A stretch of 64,000 nt of DNA from a virus. The stretch is taken from IMG/VR virus record IMGVR_UViG_3300020234_000021. The stretch is one strand, 5' to 3'. Positions 1 to 9,963 of this stretch are shown here, piece by piece; the first letter of the stretch is position 1; every line of letters starts with the position of its first letter. A program made the position numbers and the translations under genes. Below the pieces are notes generated by a model that was not told where the DNA came from, did not search any database, and saw only the letters and a program-made list of their open reading frames with translations.

Positions 1-1
1 T

Positions 2-1867
2 TTGATTCAGCAGGATGTCCTGAACGATCTGCTTGGTGTCGGTGACCGGGTCATACAACGTGGACTTCAAGCGATCGGCTGTTCGGGTGATGGTCAACCC
101 GTACACCGTATCGTCTTGCAAGGTGACTGGCGTGGTTAGAGTGGACAGGTCGATCCCGAAACCCCCGCTCGACAGCATCTCGTCTGAGCCATTGCGGCGC
201 TGGTATAGCCTGATGAAATTGAGCCCTACATTCATCCCAACGGTGAGGCCGGTGACGTTGTCTCCAGATGTGTTCTCTCCACCGTCGACGTCTTTGGCGT
301 TGAGGATCGCACCGAACCAGCGACTGTCGAGCCCGTTGTTGGTCTTGAAGGTGACCTCCAAATCCATGTCCAGCGGCGTCTCGATGGTTGCCGTGTTCTG
401 ACGAAGCCAGACCAGGTCGTAGTTCGTCGTCACATCTGTGGTGATCTCGGTGTAGCCCCCCGCGTTGAAACCCACGATGTACTTCACGCCGCCGGCCCAC
501 CTTTGAACGGCGTATTCGCTTTCCTTGGCGCTAGTCGTAAAATCCGTCTCGACCCAGACGGCAGCATCCTTGCCAGGGTAGAACCACCAGACTTCGTTGA
601 ATTCGCGGTTCAGCCCCGCATGGATCTTGTCCCGCTGGGCCGGATTCAAATTTTCGTACACGAAATTGCGCACATCGCAGGGCAGCACCCGGAGCACACC
701 GTCGTGAATGTAGAAGTCGCCCTCGGCCATGAAATACACACGGTAATCGACCTCGATCGCCGCGTTGGGTGACTGGATCGAGACGTTCTCACCCACCGTT
801 TGCAGGCCGTAAACCGCGAACCCGCCCAGGTAGTTGATCTGGTGTACCGAGACGTCGGTGAAGACCAGGATCTCACCTCGGGTCCGGACGGCCGCCTGGA
901 TCTTAGATCCCCGATACAGCCGCAGATCGCCTGCCGTGTTGACCGACGTCGGCTCCCAATCGCCAAAGTCCTCCTTCGAGCACCAGCGAATCAGGAGCGG
1001 ATCGAATTTGTTGGTGAACAGATCGGTGCAACCCAGCGCAAACACATGCCGATCTCTCTGGGAGATGATCATGTAGTTCACGTTGCGCGGCGCATTCGGC
1101 AACAAGGCGGCCCGGGATCCCGTACCAGAGCCACGGTCCCACCAGTAGATTGCTCCACCGCGCGGCACCGAGAGCAGATCCTCACCCCAGTTGTCGAGGC
1201 TCCAGATCCTCAAGGCCAGGACGGCGCTCGAAACGGTTCGCGGCGTGTTGTAGGCCTCGCCGTCGTACGGGCCTGTTCCATACCCCAGGCCAAACGCGCT
1301 GGTCGATAGACCGACACTGATCTGGTATTGAGTCTGCACGGTCCCACCACCTGATGCAGTCGAGCCGGCGTCGGATCCAGCGTCGATGGTGTAGTTCTCG
1401 AAGTCGACCACCTCCTGCACCCTGAATTCACCATTCAGGTCGAGACCGCCAACCGGGTTCCCGCCCGTGTAGATCACGTAATCGCCTTCCTGGGCGCCAT
1501 GGCTGGTATCAAAGACGTTGACGAGCGACTCGCCCGAGTCGGTATCGAACGGATCCACCAGCGTGATCACACGACGGATCGGCGTCATGTCGTAAAGGAA
1601 ACCCCCTTGCCAGAGGTAGAGCTTCGACTCGGTTCCGAGTGCCACCCAGAGCTTCGAGTCGAGACTGGCCCAGTCCCAGATCTTCCTGGCGAGGCCGATC
1701 ATTTCCGACGTGACCACCTGGGACCATCCGCCCATTTTCTCAGGCAGGCCGTACCGGAAGCGAACCTTGTCAGCGTCCTTCCAACGACCTGTCGCACCGC
1801 GCGCGGTCTGTTCGGTGTAGACCCCCGCCTCGATCGGCAGATCCAGTGTGCGTTTAACTTTGCTCAT
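2..1867 (-). CDS. Tail/virion stabilisation protein (P22 gp10-like position), truncated at window edge
   Basis: Missing from the ORF track because there is no stop in the window. Read by hand: ATG at 1867 overlaps the upstream stop (ATGA), MSKVKRTLDLPIEAGVYTEQTARGATGRWKDADKVRFRYGLPEKMGGW..., open to the edge. The D.DKVRFRYGLPEK.GGW motif is typical of this podovirus tail family. Confidence 0.75.
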   Translation of the reverse strand, partial: MSKVKRTLDLPIEAGVYTEQTARGATGRWKDADKVRFRYGLPEKMGGWSQVVTSEMIGLARKIWDWASLDSKLWVALGTESKLYLWQGGFLYDMTPIRRVITLVDPFDTDSGESLVNVFDTSHGAQEGDYVIYTGGNPVGGLDLNGEFRVQEVVDFENYTIDAGSDAGSTASGGGTVQTQYQISVGLSTSAFGLGYGTGPYDGEAYNTPRTVSSAVLALRIWSLDNWGEDLLSVPRGGAIYWWDRGSGTGSRAALLPNAPRNVNYMIISQRDRHVFALGCTDLFTNKFDPLLIRWCSKEDFGDWEPTSVNTAGDLRLYRGSKIQAAVRTRGEILVFTDVSVHQINYLGGFAVYGLQTVGENVSIQSPNAAIEVDYRVYFMAEGDFYIHDGVLRVLPCDVRNFVYENLNPAQRDKIHAGLNREFNEVWWFYPGKDAAVWVETDFTTSAKESEYAVQRWAGGVKYIVGFNAGGYTEITTDVTTNYDLVWLRQNTATIETPLDMDLEVTFKTNNGLDSRWFGAILNAKDVDGGENTSGDNVTGLTVGMNVGLNFIRLYQRRNGSDEMLSSGGFGIDLSTLTTPVTLQDDTVYGLTITRTADRLKSTLYDPVTDTKQIVQDILLNQ

Positions 1868-2724
1868 GGCAGCGTGTTCCTGGGTCCACGTTGTGAGGCA
1901 GGATCGGTCGTCAACTGGTTTTCAGTTAACGAGCCCACGTAGTTGACCGTGGCCGTCACGCCCTGGATGGATGCACCTGCCACACCGCCATCGCCGCCCG
2001 GGTTGTTGTTGAATGCAAACGGGACCGGGGTGAACTGGAAACAGTCGGCGCCGTCAAAGCCAGCGAGGCCCCAGCTTCTGCCGTCTCCGCCGAGCCCGTT
2101 CGGGTCGGGTTCTCCCGGAGTCTGATTCAACCGACCTGAATTACCGCCGAAGCCAGGAGATGCGGTGCCGCCGTTCGTTCCTGGATCACCATCGCGAGAC
2201 TGGTCGGTGCCGCCAATGCCGCCGAGGTTGACGTCCCAGCCCTGACCGCCGCCACCACCGCCCCCACCGTTGTGGTTCGGGTTGCCGTCAGTACCGCCAG
2301 TACCACCACCACCGCCACCACCGCCAGCGCCGCCGAAGATGAACCCGGTATCCATGTCGAGGTTCAGGGTGATTGCCGTGGGGATCGTGAGCGCAGCGCT
2401 ACCCGCGAACCCGTTATGGCCGTCCTGGCCATCGTTCTCGTTGTTGCCGTAGGGAACGGTCTCACCGCCATCACCGCCCGCACCACCACGACCCATGATC
2501 CTGGCGTTCTCGCTCAAGGTCAGGTTGATGACGCTGCCGGTGGCCCAGTTGCCCAGCGTCATGGTTCTGATATCCGCGTTCGAGTCGATCAGCACGTTCA
2601 CGTCTGCCACCCCCGTTGGCGAACCCAGCGCGGTATACAGGTTGAAGTCCTGCTGATCGGTGCTGATCACGATCGAAAAGCCTGGCCGATCGGAAAACAG
2701 CGGAATCAATAAATTCCAGGGCAT
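1864..2724 (-). CDS. Glycine-rich tail-fibre-associated protein
   Basis: Start moved to ATG 2724 (TGATG overlap with upstream stop). Poly-Gly GGAGGGGGGG tracts; lies in the tail module. Confidence 0.65.
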   Translation of the reverse strand: MPWNLLIPLFSDRPGFSIVISTDQQDFNLYTALGSPTGVADVNVLIDSNADIRTMTLGNWATGSVINLTLSENARIMGRGGAGGDGGETVPYGNNENDGQDGHNGFAGSAALTIPTAITLNLDMDTGFIFGGAGGGGGGGGTGGTDGNPNHNGGGGGGGGQGWDVNLGGIGGTDQSRDGDPGTNGGTASPGFGGNSGRLNQTPGEPDPNGLGGDGRSWGLAGFDGADCFQFTPVPFAFNNNPGGDGGVAGASIQGVTATVNYVGSLTENQLTTDPASQRGPRNTLP

Positions 2725-3563
2725 CAGGACATGTCCTTGACCATGTTTCCGAGCCATTTGCCTTTCAGCAGGTGATACTCGAACCCGGCGTAATCGATCT
2801 TGCTGTCACCGATCGACAGGGCTGGTTTGACCCCGCCTGGGAACTGATATTGACTGCCCCAGGTGATCGTGTTGGGCCCGCCACCGCTCTGCTCGAAGAT
2901 GATGCGTATGGTCTGACCGTCGCTTGGGTTGATTGGATTCTGGAGATTCCAGTTACCGGCCCAATCCACGTAGAAGGCATTCGAGAGGGCCGCGTTCAAC
3001 GCGACGTTGCTGCCCGACTCGCTGAGTGCCGCTGCTCGCCCAGTGTCCTGCGCCACGGTGAACCCCTGGACGACATCCAGGCGCGCGTACTGAGCCGCCG
3101 CCACACCGCCAAGCTGGTTCGCGTCCGTGGCCAGGGTCGCGGTAGCCGCGTTCTCCGCTTGCCCCACCTCGACCAGCATGGTGTCGCTCCCGTCACACCA
3201 GACAAACACCGACAGGCCGTTGGTGACCGCTGCGCGCGAGTTTCCGGCCACACCGATGTTGATCGTAAATCCGCCCGAGAGCTGGTTGTCGACCAGGTAG
3301 GTCTTCGACTGGGCCGGGATGTTCAGATCCAGATCCACGCCAGGGGCTCCCGTGACGCCCAGGATCATGTAGCGCGCCTCGTCGTTGGCGCCGTTGGATG
3401 TCGTCAGCGTCCTGGGGGAGGAGTTGGCCACCACCCCGATCCGGCCGGCCACCGCATCGTCGACCAGGTCGAACACGCCCGTGTTGAGCACCTGCCCCCA
3501 CGAGCCGTCGTTCTCGCCAGTCTCCTGGAGCGCCAGCCGCAGCCGGGTCGAATAATTGGTCAT
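2724..3563 (-). CDS. Tail fibre/baseplate protein
   Basis: N-terminus MTNYSTRLRLALQETGENDGSWG matches the common podovirus fibre head-binding motif; tail-module context. Confidence 0.7.
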   Translation of the reverse strand: MTNYSTRLRLALQETGENDGSWGQVLNTGVFDLVDDAVAGRIGVVANSSPRTLTTSNGANDEARYMILGVTGAPGVDLDLNIPAQSKTYLVDNQLSGGFTINIGVAGNSRAAVTNGLSVFVWCDGSDTMLVEVGQAENAATATLATDANQLGGVAAAQYARLDVVQGFTVAQDTGRAAALSESGSNVALNAALSNAFYVDWAGNWNLQNPINPSDGQTIRIIFEQSGGGPNTITWGSQYQFPGGVKPALSIGDSKIDYAGFEYHLLKGKWLGNMVKDMS

Positions 3564-4237
3564 GTTGCACTCCTCGGTGCTTGCGGCACGGGCACGGCGC
3601 TCAGATGGTCATATTGATTGCCGTACAGGTTGTAGAGCTCACGCTTGGCCGCCGGTAGCGCCTGGATGTACTGCTCGTTCCAGATCGCAATCCGATCGTC
3701 AGACTTCACGAAGCCCTCGGCCTCGGCCAGGCAGGCCTTGAACAAAATGTCGTAGATGTTGTCGCTCAACCAGTTGGTCTGGTTGCCTGCCGTCAGCGGA
3801 TCCGGTCGGGACAGAAAGACCACGTTCACCGCGTAGGTGGCGTCGGGCAGGGGCCCGAAAATCCAGTTGTCCTCATCCACCTCGCCGTAGTACTTAGGCG
3901 TGCCGTTTGCGCCGCCTGCGTTGTAGTCGCGGATGTACTCCTGCGAGCGCGTCTCAAGGAACGTATCGCCCCCCAGTGCTCCGCCGGACAGGAAGATGTT
4001 CTTGGTCGCGATCAGCAAGTCAGGTGGGGTAATCGTCGGTTTGGTGACCGTTGCGACCCCGACGCTCATCGTGGCCGAGTTGTCGAGTCTGCGGAAGATC
4101 GCGAGATCAATGTCTCGCAGCAGGCGCTTCTCGCCCAGGTCGATGACATCCTCGATCGAAGCAACGAACTCGTTGTCGTCGTCCTCGATCCAGTCCTGGA
4201 GACCCTGGGACAAGTCGGTGAATGTGTTGAGCGGCAT
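3560..4237 (-). CDS. Head-tail adaptor-like protein
   Basis: 225 aa with LS..LQDWIE..D.EF...I...I.LGEKRLLRD and G.PKYY...GP.PD..Y motifs typical of phage adaptor proteins. Confidence 0.65.
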   Translation of the reverse strand: MPLNTFTDLSQGLQDWIEDDDNEFVASIEDVIDLGEKRLLRDIDLAIFRRLDNSATMSVGVATVTKPTITPPDLLIATKNIFLSGGALGGDTFLETRSQEYIRDYNAGGANGTPKYYGEVDEDNWIFGPLPDATYAVNVVFLSRPDPLTAGNQTNWLSDNIYDILFKACLAEAEGFVKSDDRIAIWNEQYIQALPAAKRELYNLYGNQYDHLSAVPVPQAPRSAT

Positions 4238-6496
4238 CTATCCGTCTCCTCTGATCGGCAGACCCAAGCTAAGGGTCAACTGCTGAATTTCTAGCTGGGT
4301 CAGCTCTTGAGTCCTGAACATGATTAGCTCGTCGATGGTTCCGTCCCAGCCAGCGTCGGTAACTGAGGCAGACTTCACGAACCATCCGGGGCTGCTGGGG
4401 ACGTCGGCAAACCACATGCCTTTGTTTGAGCTGACACCCTCTACATCGGAGAAGCTCGTGATCCGACCGCCATCGATAAAGAGCGTGGCTACTTCGCTGT
4501 CATTTGATTTGACCATTGCCGCCAGATGGAACCCCGTGGCGTTGCCCAGGTCGCTCATGTCGTAGGTGCGAACGAACTCGAAATCCGTATCCTGCGGGGG
4601 CTGGTTGAGCGTCCGAAATTCCAAGCCGTCCAGACCGTTGATCTGGAGCTGGAAACACGAGCCGGAGTTGCCCTGCCGACCGTAGCTCCACATCACTGAG
4701 TAGCCATCGTTGTTGGTCGGAGGAGCACCCACCGGATGCCTGAACAGAATCAGGATGGTGCCCGTGGCCGCTGCCGGAGGCGTCCAGCCAGTGATGAAGT
4801 ACCTGCCCGCGCCGTCTTCCATATCCAGCGCGCCTGAAAGTCCTTCCGTCGCGACGTCCAAACCCGCGACATTGTGGTGATCGGCATCAAAGGCGGTGAA
4901 CCCATCCTGAAGATCCTCGCCACCGCTTCCGTCATCTGGAATGTGGGTGGTGGTCGGAACCTGCCGGGTCTGGAAACGCCACCAGTGATCCGGGTTCAAT
5001 GCCTCCATCAGTGGCGTCCACGTATCGTCTGCCACCAGCAACGGCGGAATGACGGTACACGTCCATGCGCCATTCGAGCCCACGTTCACCGCCGAACCTT
5101 TGAAGATGACACTGTCTGCATCCGCTGGAGCGGCTTGTTCGAGTGCGGCATCTATACTTCTGGAGCTTCGGTACAGGTTGATGAGTCGTGACAGGATGCC
5201 GACGGGCCTCAACGAACTGACGTTAAGCTCCTGAAAGCCTTGATCATCCGGCGTGACCATGTTCGGCAGATTGCCCGAAATAACCTGTTCGACCCCCTGC
5301 ATGTGCAGCGCGTAGCCTGCCAGTAAATTTCCACCTCCAACGCCCTCGATGCCACCGAGTGGAATCCAAAATTCATCAGGAGACGTAGCGATATCGAAGA
5401 CGTTGTCATCCATTTGGGTGGGGAAGCCGTCACTTCCTATTTCGACAATGTTCCAGTGATCTACCGGATTCCCCTCAATAGGCATGTACGAACCACTGCT
5501 CGAACGAGCTACCGCCGTGCCATCGAACCCGCCCGCAAAGGACACCACCCAGGTCCAGGGCCCGCGAGGATCGGAACCGGCGAAAGCCGGGTCGTTGTCC
5601 CGCACCACGAACAGGAACGTCGTCATATGCTGCGCACCAAAGTTCCCGTACTTGGTGTAGACGAAGTAATTCGCGTACTCGTTGCCCTCCTCCAGCGAAG
5701 TCCCATCGAGGGTGATGTCAGCAACGTCACTGGCAAGATTCCGGTTCCCAGCCAGGCAGAACTGGAGCACATGGAATGACCCACCGAAGGGCGTGTGGGA
5801 GGCTTTGAGTTGCTCGACCTCAATCTCGGAGCCCGTACTGAGCGTCTTTCCGGCATGCGCACTGTCCCACTGGACGCCTATCGTGGAAATCAGTTGAGCC
5901 ACCTCGGTGACTTCTACGCTGTAGTTCAGGAACGTCTCGAACTTGGTGCCCACGGCATCCTCGACGATCCCGCGAATGGTGCCTACGTGCGTACCGACGT
6001 CCACGCTAACGTCCACGGTAACGGCCACGCTTTCGCCGTCACCACCCGAGATCAACAGACCCAGGCCAGAGGCCGGCTGGCTGAAAAACCCGTGCGTGAA
6101 CGTATAGGGTGACACTCCGCCCGTGCCGCCACCCAGGGTCGCCGAATCGCTGGTCGTGGGAGTCTCCTCGTCCGTCAGCGCGCTGAGATTCAGCAGGTCG
6201 TACGCCCAGTCCCGGATCCCGACGACCTCGACCTGCACCTCCAGGACGCGATTGACCGTGTACCCGTTGGCGTCGATCACCGTGCCGACGATATTGGCCA
6301 GATAGGAACCTGGTGTGCAGTCGCCAGACGTGCGGATCTGGATCGAGTTGTCGGTCGGGCCACCGGCCTGCTCGATCGACAGTCCTGGCGTCGGAGGTGA
6401 GCCGGCCTGCCAGTCGAACCGGAAGGTGCGGGGCAGCGCTCCACCAGAGGCGACGTCCAGCGTGGCTACTTCAGCGGATAACGCATCCTGCTCCAT
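4238..6496 (-). CDS. Large virion accessory protein with Ig-like repeats and a C-terminal LamG/ConA-like domain
   Basis: 752 aa. The C-terminal third has HWWRF...FHLAAMV...ATLFIDG...WDGTIDELIMF (LamG-like). The N-terminus has two beta-rich repeats. Confidence 0.55.
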   Translation of the reverse strand: MEQDALSAEVATLDVASGGALPRTFRFDWQAGSPPTPGLSIEQAGGPTDNSIQIRTSGDCTPGSYLANIVGTVIDANGYTVNRVLEVQVEVVGIRDWAYDLLNLSALTDEETPTTSDSATLGGGTGGVSPYTFTHGFFSQPASGLGLLISGGDGESVAVTVDVSVDVGTHVGTIRGIVEDAVGTKFETFLNYSVEVTEVAQLISTIGVQWDSAHAGKTLSTGSEIEVEQLKASHTPFGGSFHVLQFCLAGNRNLASDVADITLDGTSLEEGNEYANYFVYTKYGNFGAQHMTTFLFVVRDNDPAFAGSDPRGPWTWVVSFAGGFDGTAVARSSSGSYMPIEGNPVDHWNIVEIGSDGFPTQMDDNVFDIATSPDEFWIPLGGIEGVGGGNLLAGYALHMQGVEQVISGNLPNMVTPDDQGFQELNVSSLRPVGILSRLINLYRSSRSIDAALEQAAPADADSVIFKGSAVNVGSNGAWTCTVIPPLLVADDTWTPLMEALNPDHWWRFQTRQVPTTTHIPDDGSGGEDLQDGFTAFDADHHNVAGLDVATEGLSGALDMEDGAGRYFITGWTPPAAATGTILILFRHPVGAPPTNNDGYSVMWSYGRQGNSGSCFQLQINGLDGLEFRTLNQPPQDTDFEFVRTYDMSDLGNATGFHLAAMVKSNDSEVATLFIDGGRITSFSDVEGVSSNKGMWFADVPSSPGWFVKSASVTDAGWDGTIDELIMFRTQELTQLEIQQLTLSLGLPIRGDG

Positions 6497-7419
6497 CAGG
6501 GAATGACCAGCGGATCGGTGTCCCAGGCCGCCACGATCGGGTTGACCGTGACCGTGTAGACCGCCAGTGGGCCCACCACAGTGTCCGTCAGCGAGTCAGT
6601 GACCCGTGGGGTCAGGGTCACCAGGTACGTGCCGCCTGGCTGCGCTGCGTCGCTGTTGAACGACATCTCCTCGTCATTCGCACCCGAGACTACCGCCACC
6701 AGGCCGGACGAACCGACGCTGGCGAAGTTGGTGAACGTGAAGGGCCCAGTGCCCAGCGTCACCTCTGCGGTGAATAGGGCCGGGAGCGCGTCTCCTGGAT
6801 CGATCGTGATGGAGTCGGTCAGGTTGTCCCAGGCCACGGACATCAGTGGGGCCTTGGATCCCTTGATGCCGATAAATACCTGGTTGCCTGGCGAGGCGAC
6901 CCCGCCCCGGAAGTCATTCAGCGAGTAAACGAGGAAGCATCGGGTGTCGTGGATCCGCGTCTCGGTATCGACGATGCCGATGAACCAGCCGCCACCATCG
7001 AGCTCGACGTAGTAGCACTCACCGATCGAGTAATTGACCGCGTCCTCGACCGGGATAAGTCGGTCACCCGCGACGATCGTCTTGTTGGCCACGAAGGTGG
7101 ACTCGAAGAACCGGAGATTCAGCGGCGAAGATGGACAGTTGGTCTCGATCCAGTCGTCCCACTGCGAGCGCACGTCGAACTCGCCCTCGTTGACCGAGAG
7201 CTCCGGCGCCGGCCGGTAGATGGCCACGGCGTCAGAGGCGTCGATCGGCAGCTCCTGGGGATGGCGCTCCTCGTACCAGTCCGGGTGAACCAGCAGGCCA
7301 GGGACATGACCGTCCTCGACCAGGTCGCGGTAGCGCATCTTCTGTCCGGAGCGCTGGCACTCAGCGATCGCGTTACGCCCTTTGGCGTAGCGCCGGCGCC
7401 GATGGCGAGGCGCGCTCAC
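6496..7419 (-). CDS. Conserved podovirus structural-module protein with C-terminal Ig-like extension
   Basis: N-terminal YAKGRNAIAECQRSGQK.RY.DL...GLLV.PDWYE..HPQ motif is common next to adaptor genes in this phage type. Confidence 0.6.
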   Translation of the reverse strand: MSAPRHRRRRYAKGRNAIAECQRSGQKMRYRDLVEDGHVPGLLVHPDWYEERHPQELPIDASDAVAIYRPAPELSVNEGEFDVRSQWDDWIETNCPSSPLNLRFFESTFVANKTIVAGDRLIPVEDAVNYSIGECYYVELDGGGWFIGIVDTETRIHDTRCFLVYSLNDFRGGVASPGNQVFIGIKGSKAPLMSVAWDNLTDSITIDPGDALPALFTAEVTLGTGPFTFTNFASVGSSGLVAVVSGANDEEMSFNSDAAQPGGTYLVTLTPRVTDSLTDTVVGPLAVYTVTVNPIVAAWDTDPLVIP

Positions 7420-8126
7420 CGGATCCTGCCACCCCGGCGGAGCCTGGTGTTGGACGCCGGAACGATCACCAGGTCGCCTCGGACCCGCTGTGCTCCGTTT
7501 GCCTTCTCGAAGGCCTCGTCATAGGTGCCTTTCAACCGCTCCAGGATCTGCTCTGGCGCGAACTTCTGGCCAAGCCACCAGGCCAAGCCTGAGACAAAGG
7601 CCTCGCGCATGTAGAACGGGATGTCGGGCTCGCTCTGCCCGCCCAGGCCCGCGTCCTGGAATCTGCGCATGCAGTCCATGAGCAGCGTGTCGGTACTGTT
7701 CTCAGGGACCGTCCACAACGACACCACCACGCTGCCCTGGCGCTTGTCAGCAAAGTACCGACTGGGACGGCCCTCGATATCCTTGTTCGGGATATCGAGC
7801 CACTCCTGCCGAGACATCGGGTAGATCGAGGTGTCGGTGTTGTCGCGAGTCAGCGCGACCTGGTTGACGTCGATGATCCGGCCGTCGGTGTCCGGATCGA
7901 TGATGTACTCCTGCGTACCCTCAACGAGCGGAATCACCAGGCGATCGATTCTCATCGACTGATTGTCGTCGGCTGCCCAGTCCGACAGCATGAAGTTGAT
8001 CGACCGGCGGGCACTGATCATGTGCTTGACGTCGAGAGTGCCGGGATCTATCCGGCACCGCTCAAACGCATCATCTACACACTCAGCGAGATCCGGCGAC
8101 CAGAGATAGGTTCCACTGGTCGGCAT
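7416..8126 (-). CDS. Head-tail adaptor/connector protein
   Basis: MPTSGTY...EC.DDAFERC...ARRSINFMLSDWA...GRPS.YF motif; downstream of capsid genes. Confidence 0.65.
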   Translation of the reverse strand: MPTSGTYLWSPDLAECVDDAFERCRIDPGTLDVKHMISARRSINFMLSDWAADDNQSMRIDRLVIPLVEGTQEYIIDPDTDGRIIDVNQVALTRDNTDTSIYPMSRQEWLDIPNKDIEGRPSRYFADKRQGSVVVSLWTVPENSTDTLLMDCMRRFQDAGLGGQSEPDIPFYMREAFVSGLAWWLGQKFAPEQILERLKGTYDEAFEKANGAQRVRGDLVIVPASNTRLRRGGRIR

Positions 8127-8129
8127 GGA

Positions 8130-8483
8130 TTACTCCTCCGTTTGCGTGATGACGATACGAGCCGTCCCTGTCCCTGTGCCCGTCAACCGCAACGCGAAGG
8201 CCTGAAGCGCCACACCTTCCTGCGCGTTGGTGATCGCATTGGCCTCCAGGATCGTCCATTCCGCATCGCCCGGCGCGAACAGACGTTGCGGCGCGTCGAT
8301 GACGTCATACGAACTGGTCGGCCCGCGAAGGATGTTGTCGTTCGTGTAGGCCACTTCGACCCCGGTCAGACCACCAGCGGTGATCTGGATCGTCATCCGA
8401 TGTCGCTCGCGGGCGAGCGGGACGTAGATGACTCCCGTATCGGTTACTTCTCGAATAATGGGGCGTGATGCTTGACCACTCAT
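8130..8483 (-). CDS. Hypothetical virion protein
   Basis: 117-aa ORF in the operon with an SD-like GGAG upstream; beta-rich. Confidence 0.55.
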   Translation of the reverse strand: MSGQASRPIIREVTDTGVIYVPLARERHRMTIQITAGGLTGVEVAYTNDNILRGPTSSYDVIDAPQRLFAPGDAEWTILEANAITNAQEGVALQAFALRLTGTGTGTARIVITQTEE

Positions 8484-8492
8484 GCGCTACCC

Positions 8493-8951
8493 CTAGTCTG
8501 CGAACTTGCCGTCGTCGGCCATCACGTAGGTGATATAGACCTCCGACGTACCCGTGCCCGGGGTGCCGCCGCCTGTGCCGGCTGAGATCTCGGTCGTCTC
8601 GGTCAGTTCTACGCCCAGGTCGGCACCTGCCGTGGCGCCATCGCCAATCACTGTGGTGACATCGACGTTGGCATCGATCCCGTCTACCAGCGCGTCACCA
8701 TCCGCACCTAGACCAACGTCCAGGAGTGGAGAGGAGCCGGTCACGTGGGTTGAAACCACCGCCACGCCCAGGACGATCGCCCCTTTCGGGAGTGCCTCGC
8801 CAGTGAGTGTGGCTGCTGAATCCGCAGCATCTACGGTAACGTGAACAACGATCGGCATGACGCCGATACTTGCTGCTGCTGGCGGTCGCTTGGACCCGCC
8901 ATCGACTCCCTGAGATCTCAGGTAGCCCTTGAAAGTGCTTCTCGTTCCCAT
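8493..8951 (-). CDS. Putative capsid decoration protein
   Basis: Directly after MCP; M.TRSTFKGYLRS N-terminus and LPKGAIVLGV motif. Confidence 0.55.
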   Translation of the reverse strand: MGTRSTFKGYLRSQGVDGGSKRPPAAASIGVMPIVVHVTVDAADSAATLTGEALPKGAIVLGVAVVSTHVTGSSPLLDVGLGADGDALVDGIDANVDVTTVIGDGATAGADLGVELTETTEISAGTGGGTPGTGTSEVYITYVMADDGKFAD

Positions 8952-9039
8952 CTGTCTGTCTCCAGTCGCTTTCGCGTCGTCAGGGGTGAGTTGGCCAGGG
9001 GGCCGAGATCGACCCCCTCACCAGTTGGTTGCCTTGGAT

Positions 9040-9948
9040 CTACGATCCGGAGGCGTAGCTTCCGCGATAGTCAGACCACCCGAAGCTGTAACGCTCCCGG
9101 CTCTTGTATCGCATGTTGCCTGTCTCGAAGTCGCCCTCGACACCGCGCTGGATGTTGACCCGAATCATGTGCTTCAGGCCGTCCATGCAGTCGGTGATGA
9201 GGAACCAGTTGTCGGGGTTGGTCAGACGGTGGTTTTCGTGAGCTCCACCCGGAATCTTGCCCTTTGAGCGCAGGGCGTTGATGTCGTTGTCTGCCGTACC
9301 CGGTCGGTACTGGGACTTCAGGATCCGCTCCGCGACGAAGCAGAGATCCGGCGGAATGATCATCTTCATGGCCGAGATCGCGGTTGGAATACCACGCTCG
9401 TCCACGAATTTGGAGATGGCGATGGACGCCTCCTCCAACGATGTCTCCGACAGATCCGCTGCCGTGGCGAAACGGTTCGATTGGGTACCGCCACCCCAGA
9501 GAGGGTGACCAGTCGAGTACAGCGGTTCCGCGTCACCACCTGGGAAGGCAGTGTCGAAGCCGTTGTTCAGGACCGCTGCGCCTTTGACTTCCTTGGTGTG
9601 AACCATGGAGCGTGCCAGGGCGCGGGCATACTTGGCACCGATGTCGCCGTAGAGGTTGTCCTCCTCGGCCTCCTCGGTGAGCGAGAACGCAAGCGCGATG
9701 GTTTCATGCACGTACCGTGAGGTGTATGCCTCTCCACCGCTGTCGTACGTTATCGGCGCGCCCTCTGGCTTGACTGGCGCTCCTGCCAGACCTGCCAACA
9801 GCACGTCCTCCTCGTACGCTTTGCGTGACCTGGTGACCTCAAAGACGGGCGCCCACTCGCGTGAGTAGCGCTTGTACTCCATCCCAAAGACCGTGTTCAG
9901 GCCTTCCTGCAACTGCCGCCGGAAGGTAGATCGATTCATTACAGCCAT
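9040..9948 (-). CDS. Major capsid protein
   Basis: MAVMNRSTFRRQLQEGLNTVFGMEY...G.APVKPEG..I.YD...HETIALAFSLTEEA.EDNLY...DFETGNMRYKSRERYSFGWSD is a well-conserved MCP signature. Confidence 0.9.
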   Translation of the reverse strand: MAVMNRSTFRRQLQEGLNTVFGMEYKRYSREWAPVFEVTRSRKAYEEDVLLAGLAGAPVKPEGAPITYDSGGEAYTSRYVHETIALAFSLTEEAEEDNLYGDIGAKYARALARSMVHTKEVKGAAVLNNGFDTAFPGGDAEPLYSTGHPLWGGGTQSNRFATAADLSETSLEEASIAISKFVDERGIPTAISAMKMIIPPDLCFVAERILKSQYRPGTADNDINALRSKGKIPGGAHENHRLTNPDNWFLITDCMDGLKHMIRVNIQRGVEGDFETGNMRYKSRERYSFGWSDYRGSYASGS

Positions 9949-9963
9949 ATTCGCCTATCCCCC

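Noticed and set aside
2227-2340. CCACCG/CCGCCA repeats
   Set aside because: They simply encode poly-Gly in a tail protein and are not a separate repeat element.
6490-6505. CCC-TGA at the 307-aa/752-aa junction as a programmed frameshift site
   Set aside because: CCC-UGA favours +1 shifts, but the downstream ORF is in the -1/+2 frame and there is no X-XXY-YYZ slippery heptamer. Ordinary TGATG coupling explains it.
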